A stretch of 64,000 bases of DNA. Origin: Bacteroidota bacterium. Lineage in GTDB: Bacteria; Bacteroidota; Bacteroidia; AKYH767-A; OLB10. Of the stretch, positions 25,801-34,144 are shown one piece after another (the first letter of the stretch is position 1; every line of letters starts with the position of its first letter). Below the pieces are notes generated by a model. It saw only the letters and a list, made by a program, of their open reading frames with translations, was not told the DNA's origin and did no database searches. The position numbers and the translations under genes were made by a program. The stretch lies in NCBI GenBank assembly GCA_016713525.1, contig JADJOZ010000033.1, positions 255,007-319,006 of the forward strand, read 5' to 3'.

Positions 25801-27311
25801 ATGAAGCAGGATCAGGATGGATACTTGCTGAAAATTGGATGCCTTATCAAAGACCTTCTTTTGTAACACCTCCTTTTGCCGGTTTTATTTCAGGTCATTC
25901 TACTTATTCCAGAGCAGCAGCAGAAATTTTAACAGACTTCACCGGTAGCCAGTATTTCCCCGGTGGGTTAGGAGAATTTACTGCCGAACAGGATGAATTT
26001 CTTGTTTTTGAAGATGGACCAAGTCAGGATGTAACTTTACAATGGGCAACCTATCAGGATGCAGCAGATGAATCTTCCATGTCAAGAATTTGGGGCGGTA
26101 TTCATCCTCCCTGTGATGATATTCCGGGACGACTTATTGCTGTTGAAATAGCTGAAGATGCATTCTCTAAAGCCGAAAGTTTCTTCTCTTGTTGTCAGAC
26201 AATTGCACCTGCAAAACCAAATGCTATTCAGGCAATAGGAGGTAATTCTATGGTGTGTCCCGGTGAAACAAAAACTTATTTCGTAGCGGCTGTTTCTGGC
26301 GCAACTTCTTATACATGGTTTCCTCCTGTTGGAGGCGTGATAGTAAGCGGGCAGGGAACAAATTCCATTGTTGTGAATTATACTTCTGCATTTACTGCAG
26401 GTGATTCATTAAAAGTTGTTGCACATAAAGGTTGTGCAACAAGTATTCACAGAAGTACTATTATCAGAAGAAATTCTCCTGCCATCCCCGGCTTAATAAG
26501 TGGCATTAATTTTGGCTTATGTAATATGAACAATGTTCCATATTCTATTCCCATTTACCCCGGAGTTACTTACAATTGGAATATTACAAATGCATCCGGT
26601 TCTGTCATTTCATCCGGGCAAGGTTCAAACGCTATTGTTGTAAATTATTCACCAACATTTGTCTCAGGTAATTTAACAGTTACAGCTAATAATGCCTGCG
26701 GAATAAGTAACGCAAGGGTATTAAATGTTAAAGCAACACCTGCCACTCCTCAATCTATAACGGGACCTTCTTCAGTTTGTATTCTCCAACAAGGAGTGCC
26801 ATATTCTATTACTCCTTTGGCTAGTACTAATGCATACGTGTGGACAGTGCCCTCCGGAGCCAGAATATCCGATGGAACTACATTATCAACAAGTGCAATA
26901 TTTACTACCACTTCACCACATGTTTTTGTGAATTTTAAAACTACTCCCGGCAAAGTAATTGTTAAAGGAGTGAATGCATGTGGTAATGGGGCTGCACGAA
27001 ATTTAGTTGTTGCATTCACTTGTCGTGAAGGTTCCTTAAATGATATTTCCAGCTCCGAATGGAGTGTTTCAATTTATCCAAATCCTTCATCTGATGATTT
27101 TCTTGTAACCTTATCTGATTTTGATTTTACAGACGGAAATAGTATTCCAGCCATAGATGTCATTGATGTGTTAGGGCGAAAAATTATAACGGAATCTTTC
27201 TCGGATAACGAATACAGATTATCAGGAGCCGCTTTAAATCCCGGTATTTATACCGCAATTATTACTATTGGTGATGAAGTTAAATCTGTCAAAATTGTAA
27301 AGGCAGAATAA
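22896..27311 (+). CDS. Mosaic T9SS cargo: FG-GAP/VCBS repeats, TSP3-like Ca-binding segment, vanadium-haloperoxidase-like/PAP2 domain, 3 PKD-like Ig domains and T9SS tail
   Basis: 1471 aa. The FG-GAP repeats include 'DLNNDGKEDLIVV', 'GDFDGDNWKDVII', 'ADMDNDGDNDII', 'ADFNQDGKKDLYVV', 'ADLDLDGDMDIGI' and 'IDINGDGLKDFV'. The TSP3-like segment is 'DYDQDGLPDACDPCPTNPD'. The three PAP2/haloperoxidase motifs are Kx6RP 'KGWYDYIRP' (25569-25595), 'SGH' (25890-25898) and SRx5HxxxD 'SRIWGGIHPPCDD' (26082-26120). The T9SS tail is 'VSIYPNPSSDDFLVTL..GIYTAIITIGDEVKSVKIVKAE'. Confidence 0.8.
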   Translation: MLLRLFASFRFVPVTALRLQIILIIVCSASSNLSAQWLDWQDETGPRLTLTSVANSDPEEKDMWPADLNNDGKEDLIVVRKQPFSTSTQPGKSNLLLMNTGGMLVDQTALYAPEFISSVNFARDVYVGDFDGDNWKDVIIANTFSQQPTYYRNLGNDGSGNWLGLVNESATRFPVLSDDTPLFCAVWGGDVSGDGSPDIYFVNYKVNSGGGTAKDYLLINNGSGVFTNESAARLGTLRNSAFGTAVQIADMDNDGDNDIIKNTTLYNVAPWNARGVIVLFNDGTGNFVNWQNLVPTSSPYMFDIADFNQDGKKDLYVVDDGTDYLLTVNSFVANTSLNVTKTNLGFTSTGGFGGNVHAADLDLDGDMDIGIADVDVDIPPCNSSRRMAIYRNDNGVFSDPYGSTIFTWADNSYDFAWIDINGDGLKDFVTGFCGGYGLIMSDNCGLAPNPSDYDQDGLPDACDPCPTNPDPGCAPPTDYPTVSTNNSVARQWNELLLASIRRDFARPTVHARNLFHVSAAMWDAWSAYDSMSCAFLLGKTVDGFTCPFTGIPPSSTVETDRNTAISYSSYRLLKHRFASSPQAHLLNIAYNVHMDTLGYDTTFVSTDYSTGNPAALGNYIAQCYINFGMQDGSNEQNGYSNTSYTPVNPPLNVDIPGNPNINDLNRWQPLTLDLFIDQSGNPIPGATPPFLSPEWGQVKSFALKSTDLIVHQRNGFDYKVYHDPGSPPLLQTDGSGNSDQYKYNFALVSVWSSHLDATDGVTWDISPATQGNRNALPTSYNDYPSFYNLTAGGTTNVGHPVNPVTGSPYTPNVVKRGDYARVLAEFWADGPDSETPPGHWFTIFNYVSDHPLQTKQYKGTGTPLNDLEWDVKGYLALGGAMHDVAITAWGMKGWYDYIRPISAIRAMAEFGQSSDSTALSFHPAGLPLIPGYIELVLPGDPLADGSTNVGKIKLFAWRGHSVINNVDTDEAGSGWILAENWMPYQRPSFVTPPFAGFISGHSTYSRAAAEILTDFTGSQYFPGGLGEFTAEQDEFLVFEDGPSQDVTLQWATYQDAADESSMSRIWGGIHPPCDDIPGRLIAVEIAEDAFSKAESFFSCCQTIAPAKPNAIQAIGGNSMVCPGETKTYFVAAVSGATSYTWFPPVGGVIVSGQGTNSIVVNYTSAFTAGDSLKVVAHKGCATSIHRSTIIRRNSPAIPGLISGINFGLCNMNNVPYSIPIYPGVTYNWNITNASGSVISSGQGSNAIVVNYSPTFVSGNLTVTANNACGISNARVLNVKATPATPQSITGPSSVCILQQGVPYSITPLASTNAYVWTVPSGARISDGTTLSTSAIFTTTSPHVFVNFKTTPGKVIVKGVNACGNGAARNLVVAFTCREGSLNDISSSEWSVSIYPNPSSDDFLVTLSDFDFTDGNSIPAIDVIDVLGRKIITESFSDNEYRLSGAALNPGIYTAIITIGDEVKSVKIVKAE

Positions 27312-27340
27312 TTCAAGGTCCTTTCAGAATTATTTCCTAT

Positions 27341-27374
27341 ACCCGGAATATATGTTGTATTCCGGGTGTTTTTT
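27341..27374 (+). terminator. Intrinsic terminator
   Basis: ACCCGGAATA (27341-27350) pairs with TATTCCGGGT (27358-27367), followed by GTTTTTT. Confidence 0.7.
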
Positions 27375-27492
27375 GAATTCTGATTTAGGAATTTTTATTA
27401 GCCGTTTAACTAGTTCAATATCAATATTATAGAAAAGTAAGAATTTATAAAAGCTTACTTTTAGTTTCCTTTTCTATCCTTTCTTTGTATAC

Positions 27493-28645
27493 ATGAATCA
27501 GCCATCATTCGATACATGGACATCTGTATTTTTATTTGCTTCCGTACAGGGACTCTTTGTTTCCATTGTTCTTTTTATAACAGGCAAAGAAAACAAAGTT
27601 GCTAACAGATTATTGGCGTCTTTGATTTTTTTATTTTCGGTTACCTTATTTGAATATGTACTTTATTGGACCAGATACCTTTATTATTGGCCTCATTTTT
27701 TGCAACTGACTGAAAATTTCCCATTGCTTTTTGGGGTAATACTCTTTTTTTATTTTAAATGCGTTTTTGGAACTCAAGCATTTGTGAAAAAAGATTGGTG
27801 GCATTTATTGCCATTCGTACTCTTTACTGTTTATCAGTTCCCTATTCTTTTTTCTTCATCTGAAGTTAAACAGGCCTGGATGGAAGGAAAGCAGGCATTT
27901 CCCTCATTGTTTATGTGGCCCGAACCCATGCGTGGATGGAATTGGCTGGCATGGCCGCGAATTGCACACATGATATTTTATTACTGTTTGATATGGTTCA
28001 CTTTTAAATCGCACAGCACTTCCAATCCGGAAGTAAGAACCTGGTTTAAATGGTTAACCGGATTGTTTTTGGCATTCATAATAAGCTACACCTCATATTT
28101 TGTACTGGTAAGATTTCCATTTTTTAGTGTTGAATGGGATTACATGATTTCTTTCTCTATGATGTTTACTATTTTTTTTCATTGCCTGGTTTGGATATTT
28201 GCAGCCTAAAGTATTCAGTGGTTTTAGTCTTGTTGAATCGGTTCAACTGCCTGTTAAATATAAAACTTCTGCATTATCGCCTGATGTAAGTAATGAGATT
28301 GTTAGTTTACTTGATTCTGCAATGATGGAGAAAAAGTTGTATCAGGATCCGGAAATCAGACTCGAGAAACTAGCTGATGCCATTGGCACTACACGACATT
28401 ATTTGTCACAGGTGATCAACGATCGCAAAGGCATGAGCTTTTTTGAATATATAAACGCACTTCGCATTGAAGAAGCTAAATCACTTTTGGCCAATCCACA
28501 AAAGCATAAAGTGAATGTGATAGAAATTGCCTATCAGGTAGGGTTCAATAATAAAGTAACTTTCAACAGCACTTTTAAAAAGTCTACGGGACTCACACCA
28601 ACGGAATTCCGAAAACAGAATGCTTCACCGGTTTTGAAAGATTAA
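27493..28645 (+). pseudogene. Membrane-anchored AraC-family transcriptional regulator, split into ORFs 27493..28209 and 28199..28645 at the T8 run 28172-28179
   Basis: The N-terminal part has about 6-7 hydrophobic helices. The C-terminal part has the AraC HTH ('LADAIGTTRHYLSQVINDRKGMSFFEYINALRIEEAKSLL..IAYQVGFNNKVTFNSTFKKSTGLTPTEFRK'). The second frame is open from 28163. Removing one T gives '..TIFFIAWFGYLQPKVFSGF..'. Confidence 0.75.
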
Positions 28646-28727
28646 TAAGTAAATATTTTCAGGAAATTCTTGTAAATAAGTAAAGGTTTATCAGAATTAC
28701 CTTTTTAAGTTAAAGCAATGGGTTCAT

Positions 28728-30470
28728 TTGAAGAAAAAACTCATGAAAACATTCTTTCAACTCGTACTAATCTTGTTAGCACCTGGCGAACTGTTATTTG
28801 CGCAAGGCGGATTCACCAAAATTATTGATGCAGCCAATCCTGTAACCACATTCACAACCGCTGGTATTTATAAAGGTGCCGCCTGGGTCGATTTCGACAA
28901 TGACCACGACATAGACCTTTATGCAGCTCCAAACAGATTATTCCGGAATGATGGAAATGGAGTATTTATACAGCTGATAGACCTTCCTTTTTCACCTATT
29001 CAGAATCCGGGTGGTGCCAGCTGGGCCGATCTCGATCAGGATGGTGATCTCGATTGTATCGTTGCTCAGGATCCTTCCGGGGTTTATTTGAATGATGGAA
29101 CCGGCACATTCACCGATGTATCATCTCAGATCCCTGGGCTAAACAACTTTCCTTCCTGGGGGTGCGCTATAGGTAATATGAACAATGATGCCCATCCCGA
29201 TTTTATTTTCGCTCACGCTGCAGGATTTCATACTACCGGACCTTTTCCATCAAAACTTTACCTGAATTCAACTAATACTGTTAATCCCGTTATGTTGTCG
29301 GGTTATACGCTCACCGATTCTGTTAAACCCTACACGGTGCCATATTGGAGCGATTATGATCTCGATGGTGATATGGATTTATTTGTCGCCAGTGGTCCCG
29401 GTGGTGGTCCCGGCCCCGATTTTTGTTACCGGAACATGAAAGTGGAAACCGGTTTTGATTCACTGATATTGATGACCACTGAATTGTTTGCTTCTCAGTT
29501 ACAGGATGGACAATGTTATAATTTTATCGATTATGATCATGATAACGATTTGGATCTTTGCCTTACAAATTACGCAGGTGCCCAAACACGGTTTTATAGT
29601 AACGATGGAGGTATATACGTTGAAAAAGTATTTCCTTTTACAACAACAAATCCAAATCTTACCAATGCATGGGGCGATTATGATAATGATGGTGATCTGG
29701 ATGTTCTTATTTCATCCGATAATGTTCCTGTAAAGTTATATCTGAATAACGGCAACACCACATTTGCAAATGCTATTCAGCTAAGTGTTACCGGTACCTG
29801 TGGAATTGCTAATGGAGATTATGATAATGATGGTGATCTTGATTTATTCATGCATGGAAACGGAGCAGCACGAGCTCTTTTTCGAAATGATAATATAAAT
29901 ACAAATAATTGGGTGATGTTCAAGTGTGAAGGTATTGCATCAGGAACTTCAGCTTTAGGTACTATAGTACGTCTTAAGGCAACTGTTAATGGAATTTCCT
30001 ATTGGCAGATACGGGAATTATCGGCACAAAATAGTTTTCAAAGTCAGCATGATATGCGCTTGCATTTTGGATTAGGTGATGCAACTATTATCGATTCACT
30101 TGAAATCAGATATCCATCAGGCGCTACTACCCTAATAGCCGGAATTGCAGTTAATACAATTTATTGTCATAGTGAAGGTTCACCAACTCTTTGTCTGTTG
30201 AGTGATTTGTTTGAATCCACTGATCCACTGAAAGATTTGAATTTATATCCCAATCCGGCCGATTCATTTGTTAAAATAGAAACTGTTTCGAATCAATATT
30301 ATGATTCCTGGGAAGTTGTTGATATCAATGGGAAGGTATGGATGCAGTATTTTGGTAAAACTAATTTTGCTGCCCCAATTAATGTTAGCATCATTCCCGG
30401 AGGAACCTACCTTGTAAGGGCTTTTGCCGGTAATAAAGTCACTACGTTAAAACTGATTAAAAACAGGTAA
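28728..30470 (+). CDS. CRTAC1-family protein: FG-GAP/VCBS repeats, ASPIC/UnbV domain and T9SS tail
   Basis: 580 aa; the start may instead be the ATG at 28743. The FG-GAP repeats include 'VDFDNDHDIDLY', 'ADLDQDGDLDCIV', 'SDYDLDGDMDLFV', 'GDYDNDGDLDVLI' and 'GDYDNDGDLDLFM'. The UnbV-like part is 'IVRLKATVNGISYWQIRELSAQNSFQSQHDMRLHFGLGDATIIDSLEIRYPSG'. The tail is 'LNLYPNPADSFVKIE..GTYLVRAFAGNKVTTLKLIKNR'. Confidence 0.8.
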   Translation: MKKKLMKTFFQLVLILLAPGELLFAQGGFTKIIDAANPVTTFTTAGIYKGAAWVDFDNDHDIDLYAAPNRLFRNDGNGVFIQLIDLPFSPIQNPGGASWADLDQDGDLDCIVAQDPSGVYLNDGTGTFTDVSSQIPGLNNFPSWGCAIGNMNNDAHPDFIFAHAAGFHTTGPFPSKLYLNSTNTVNPVMLSGYTLTDSVKPYTVPYWSDYDLDGDMDLFVASGPGGGPGPDFCYRNMKVETGFDSLILMTTELFASQLQDGQCYNFIDYDHDNDLDLCLTNYAGAQTRFYSNDGGIYVEKVFPFTTTNPNLTNAWGDYDNDGDLDVLISSDNVPVKLYLNNGNTTFANAIQLSVTGTCGIANGDYDNDGDLDLFMHGNGAARALFRNDNINTNNWVMFKCEGIASGTSALGTIVRLKATVNGISYWQIRELSAQNSFQSQHDMRLHFGLGDATIIDSLEIRYPSGATTLIAGIAVNTIYCHSEGSPTLCLLSDLFESTDPLKDLNLYPNPADSFVKIETVSNQYYDSWEVVDINGKVWMQYFGKTNFAAPINVSIIPGGTYLVRAFAGNKVTTLKLIKNR

Positions 30471-30570
30471 TTTACAACACTGACTTATGGAGTGTGTTGG
30501 TAGTTTGTTGAAGCAGCAACGATAAAGGAGTGTACTTGCTTATTTGGTTGTTTCGGACTATCTTTGGTGT

Positions 30571-31188
30571 ATGATCCGGAATTTGGTTGTTAAGCTGTGC
30601 ATCCTTTATCACTTTTCTTTCTTTCTTCTTTCAAATGTTTTTGGTCAGGATGTTTCTATTTTAAATAACTTCAATGCATTTGAAGCCGAAGGTAGGGTTA
30701 CACTCAATTGGGTAATTAAATCAGGAAGTACCTGTAATGGTATTACCATATTTCGCTCAGTTGATGAAGTAAATTTTGAAGTCATCGGCGATATTCAAGG
30801 TGTGTGCGGAAATCTTTCCCAACCCGAACCCTATTCATTTGTGGATGTGAATCCTGTGAAGAATGCAATCAATTGCTATAAACTTGAATTGGGAAATTAT
30901 GGTTTTTCGGAAGCTGTAAAAATTGAAATTATTGATATCGGAAATTCTGGTTATCAGATAAGGCCTCATCCAATTACTTCAACAGGAAAAATATTCTTCA
31001 GCAATAAGCAATTAAGCAGTCATAAAATTACTATTTACAATGCGGAAGGTAAGGTGGTTTATGGTTCATTCACTGAACAAGATTTCTTTGAAGTAAATAG
31101 TGTAGATTTTTCTTCAGGATTGTATTTCTTTGATATTTCAAATCTTGCAGGAAATGCCAGCATTACGGGAAAAATTGTTTTCAGGTGA
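30571..31188 (+). CDS. Small T9SS-sorted secreted protein (Ig/Fn3-like domain plus tail)
   Basis: The ORF spans 30544..31188. The likely start is MIRNLVVKLCILYHFSFFLLSNVFGQ at 30571. The domain 'GRVTLNWVIKSGSTCNGITIFRS..YKLELGNYGFSE' resembles the one in 10278..11782. The tail is 'YQIRPHPITSTGKIFF..GLYFFDISNLAGNASITGKIVFR'. Confidence 0.7.
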   Translation: MIRNLVVKLCILYHFSFFLLSNVFGQDVSILNNFNAFEAEGRVTLNWVIKSGSTCNGITIFRSVDEVNFEVIGDIQGVCGNLSQPEPYSFVDVNPVKNAINCYKLELGNYGFSEAVKIEIIDIGNSGYQIRPHPITSTGKIFFSNKQLSSHKITIYNAEGKVVYGSFTEQDFFEVNSVDFSSGLYFFDISNLAGNASITGKIVFR

Positions 31189-31378
31189 TATCAAGAATAT
31201 CAGTTAATTAGGCTTTTGGCTAACCAGCTGAAGTAAGTATAAAGTATTAGAAAATGACTTTAAAATCAATTGATGAAAATTCAAGCCATTGAATATCAAG
31301 TAATTCGATATTTTATTTTTATTACAATATCTAAAGTGTTTTTTTTACTTTTACCAAAATTTAAACCCCTTCAAAATC

Positions 31379-32275
31379 ATGAAATTAATTAATGCTCTAA
31401 CTACAGGAATACTTGCTTCCTCAATGTTATTTATGTTTACCGGTTGTAGCAAAGATGACGATAATAATTCATCTAATACTCCAACTCCCGCCGTGGCATC
31501 AATGACTGCCAAAGTTGACGGAGTAACCTGGACTTCCTTAACCAACAAGGTTTCCGCATCAATAATTAGCAATGTCACAAATCTGACAGGTGTTGCAAGT
31601 GATTCTACTTTATTAACGATCACCATTCAAGATGCTGTTGCTGTAGGTGATACAATTGATCTTGGCCCCGGAAGCGGAAATGCCGGTGTGTTTGCATTAA
31701 CTCCTAATGGTACTGCTAATGGATGGTCATCAAATGGAAATGCTGCCTGCTATGGTGAAATGATTATTACTGCCATGGATGTGACAAATAAAAAAATATC
31801 AGGAACATTTGAATATAAAGTTTGGAGAGCAACAGACAATACTTTTAAAACAATTACGGATGGTGTGTTTACCAATGTTACTTATGCCACTTCAATCACA
31901 AGTGGAGGAAATAATACCTTCACCGTAAAAATTGATGGTGTGACATTTACTCCTGCCATTATTTCAGGTACAGCAAGTTTTGGTAATTTGATTATTTCCG
32001 CTGCCGACAACCAAGGTAGTAAAGCAGTAGGAATTACAGTTCCTGAAACTGTTACTCCGGGAACTTATGCAATAGGTACTATCGGCGATTTGTATTATGG
32101 AACTTATAATCCCAACTCTTCAATTTTTACTGTTTCAGATTCTGGTTCAGTAGTAATTTCTTCTCATAATACAACAACAAACAATATTGTAGGTACTTTC
32201 AATTTTGTTTCAAGCCCTTTTGGTGGAGGAACATCTTATGAATTAACTTTCGGATCATTTAACATTACTTATTGA
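31379..32275 (+). CDS. Lipoprotein with two tandem lipocalin-like (DUF6252-type) domains
   Basis: 298 aa. The lipobox is 'MFTGCS'. The internal duplication is 'AKVDGVTWTS...ISGTFEY' and 'VKIDGVTFTP...IVGTFNF'. Confidence 0.6.
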   Translation: MKLINALTTGILASSMLFMFTGCSKDDDNNSSNTPTPAVASMTAKVDGVTWTSLTNKVSASIISNVTNLTGVASDSTLLTITIQDAVAVGDTIDLGPGSGNAGVFALTPNGTANGWSSNGNAACYGEMIITAMDVTNKKISGTFEYKVWRATDNTFKTITDGVFTNVTYATSITSGGNNTFTVKIDGVTFTPAIISGTASFGNLIISAADNQGSKAVGITVPETVTPGTYAIGTIGDLYYGTYNPNSSIFTVSDSGSVVISSHNTTTNNIVGTFNFVSSPFGGGTSYELTFGSFNITY

Positions 32276-32296
32276 TAGAATTTAATTTAAAAAAAG

Positions 32297-32324
32297 AGCG
32301 CAGTCATAAACTGTGCTTTTTTTT
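32297..32324. terminator. Bidirectional hairpin terminator between convergent genes
   Basis: AGCGCAGT (32297-32304) pairs with ACTGTGCT (32310-32317), including one G-U pair. It is flanked by an A run on the left and a T8 run on the right. Confidence 0.6.
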
Positions 32325-32340
32325 ATGGATTAAAATCAGA

Positions 32341-33220
32341 TTAATTCAATACGCCAAATTTTCCTGATTGATATTCCTGAAAGGCTTCCTGTAATTCTTC
32401 CTGAGTATTCATTACAAAAGGACCATACTGCGCAATTGGCTCATCAATTGGTTCGCCACTAAGAACAAGCAACACACTGTTGGTTTCTGCTTTAATGCTT
32501 ATTGATTCACCCTTCGTTTTTGAATATTACAAATTGGTGCGTATCTGCAGCTTCTCCATTGACTTCTACTTTGCCATTAATCACCAGTATGAATGTATTG
32601 TGTTTTTCAGGAGTCTCGAATTCCAAACTTCCATTTGCATTTAATTTCACATCATATACATTTATTGGTGTGAATGTGGATGCAGATCCTGTAACGCCAT
32701 TTAATTCACCGGCAATAATGTTTACATAACCACCATTTTCAGGCAATGTTACTTTATTCATTTTTGCTGCTTCAAGAGCTTGATATTTTGGAGGTGTTAA
32801 CTTGTCCTTTTTAGGTAAGTTAACCCATAACTGTACCATTTCAAATGGGCCACCTGATTTCGAAAATTTCGTTTCATGATATTCCTTATGCAAAATACCT
32901 GCACCTGCAGTCATCCATTGTACATCACCCGGATGTATCACACCGCTGTTGCCACTACTATCATGATGTGCCACACTCCCCTGATAAGCAATAGTTACTG
33001 TTTCAAATCCTTTGTGAGGATGTACATCAACACCTCGGGGTTGATCACTTGGCCCGAAATCGTATGCAGGATTAAAATCAAGCATTAAAAAGGGACTCAC
33101 TAATTTCCGATCAGAAATCATTCCCGGGAAATAGTTGAATACCCTGAAACCATCTCCAACCATGCCATATCGCCCTGGCCGGGATACTACTTGCAATATT
33201 TTCTTTTTCATTCTTTTCAA
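32341..33220 (-). pseudogene. Pirin-family protein, frameshifted near 32510-32512
   Basis: ORF 32507..33220 carries pirin cupin motifs ('HPHKGFETVTIAYQGSVAHHDSSGN', 'VQWMTAGAGILHKE'). The missing C-terminus continues in another frame without a stop as 'GESISIKAETNSVLLVLSGEPIDEPIAQYGPFVMNTQEELQEAFQEYQSGKFGVLN*', ending at 32341. Confidence 0.75.
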
Positions 33221-33443
33221 CCCACTGATTTTTCAGGTCAGGTTGCATCAAAGAAACAAAGTTTTTGTGAAATGGTTTAGTAAATGTACTGCACCTTACT
33301 TGATTTGTTATCTGATAGATAATCAGAATATTACAAGTGTGTTTGCTAATACCGGTTTTTATACACATAACGACCTCGCAGACTTTTATTACTTTTTTTA
33401 AGTATTTTTACCCCAAGCAAATGTTCCCATCCCGAAAGTCAAC

Positions 33444-34127
33444 ATGAATAGCCCCAATTTAATAAATGATATTTTCCAATGGGATGTGAAGGCATGGTCG
33501 ACAGCATTGCCTTTCTGGGAACAAAAAATTAAAGAAATTCCGACAGGTAAAGCGCTTGAATTAGGAGGTCGCCAGGGAGGTTTGTCTCTTTGGCTGGCAA
33601 CAAAGGGTTTCAATGTGATATGCTCGGATCTTAGTGAGAGTGAAGTGACAGCAAAACCATTGCATCAAAAATATCAATTGACAAATATTGGTTATGCAGA
33701 TATTGATGCCACTGCTATTCCTTTTCAGGATCACTTTGATATTATCGTTTTTAAATCCATTATCGGCGGTATTGGCCGCTTTGGCGGGATGGAATTGCAG
33801 CAACAAACATTTGATAGTATTTACAATGCTTTAAAGCCCGGCGGGTATTTATTATTTGCTGAAAATTTAATTGCATCACCATTGCATCAGTTTCTGAGAA
33901 AGAAATTTGTTAAGTGGGGTGATACCTGGCGTTATGTTTCTCTTGATGAATTAAGGACATTCACTAAGGAATTTCGCAATGTTGAAATTCATGCGACAGG
34001 TTTTAAAAGTGCATTCGGACGATCCGAATCTCAAAGGAATTTATTTTCAATGATAGATAAAAGCATATGCAATTCCATTGTACCTGATAACTGGAAATAT
34101 ATTGCATATGGAGCTGCACAGAAATAA
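33444..34127 (+). CDS. Class I SAM-dependent methyltransferase
   Basis: 227 aa. The motif I-like segment is 'KALELGGRQGGLSLWLA', and the post-I and motif II-like segments are 'ICSDLS' and 'FDIIVFKS'. Confidence 0.65.
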   Translation: MNSPNLINDIFQWDVKAWSTALPFWEQKIKEIPTGKALELGGRQGGLSLWLATKGFNVICSDLSESEVTAKPLHQKYQLTNIGYADIDATAIPFQDHFDIIVFKSIIGGIGRFGGMELQQQTFDSIYNALKPGGYLLFAENLIASPLHQFLRKKFVKWGDTWRYVSLDELRTFTKEFRNVEIHATGFKSAFGRSESQRNLFSMIDKSICNSIVPDNWKYIAYGAAQK

Positions 34128-34144
34128 GTTAAACCGCATTCTGT

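Noticed and set aside
33111-33613. ORFs 33111..33368, 33135..33401 and 33398..33613 in and around the pirin/methyltransferase divergent intergenic region.
   Set aside because: They overlap the 5' ends of the two well-supported genes or the promoter region. They show no motifs and have implausible composition. The small palindrome TTATCTGATAGATAA seen there is too short to call.
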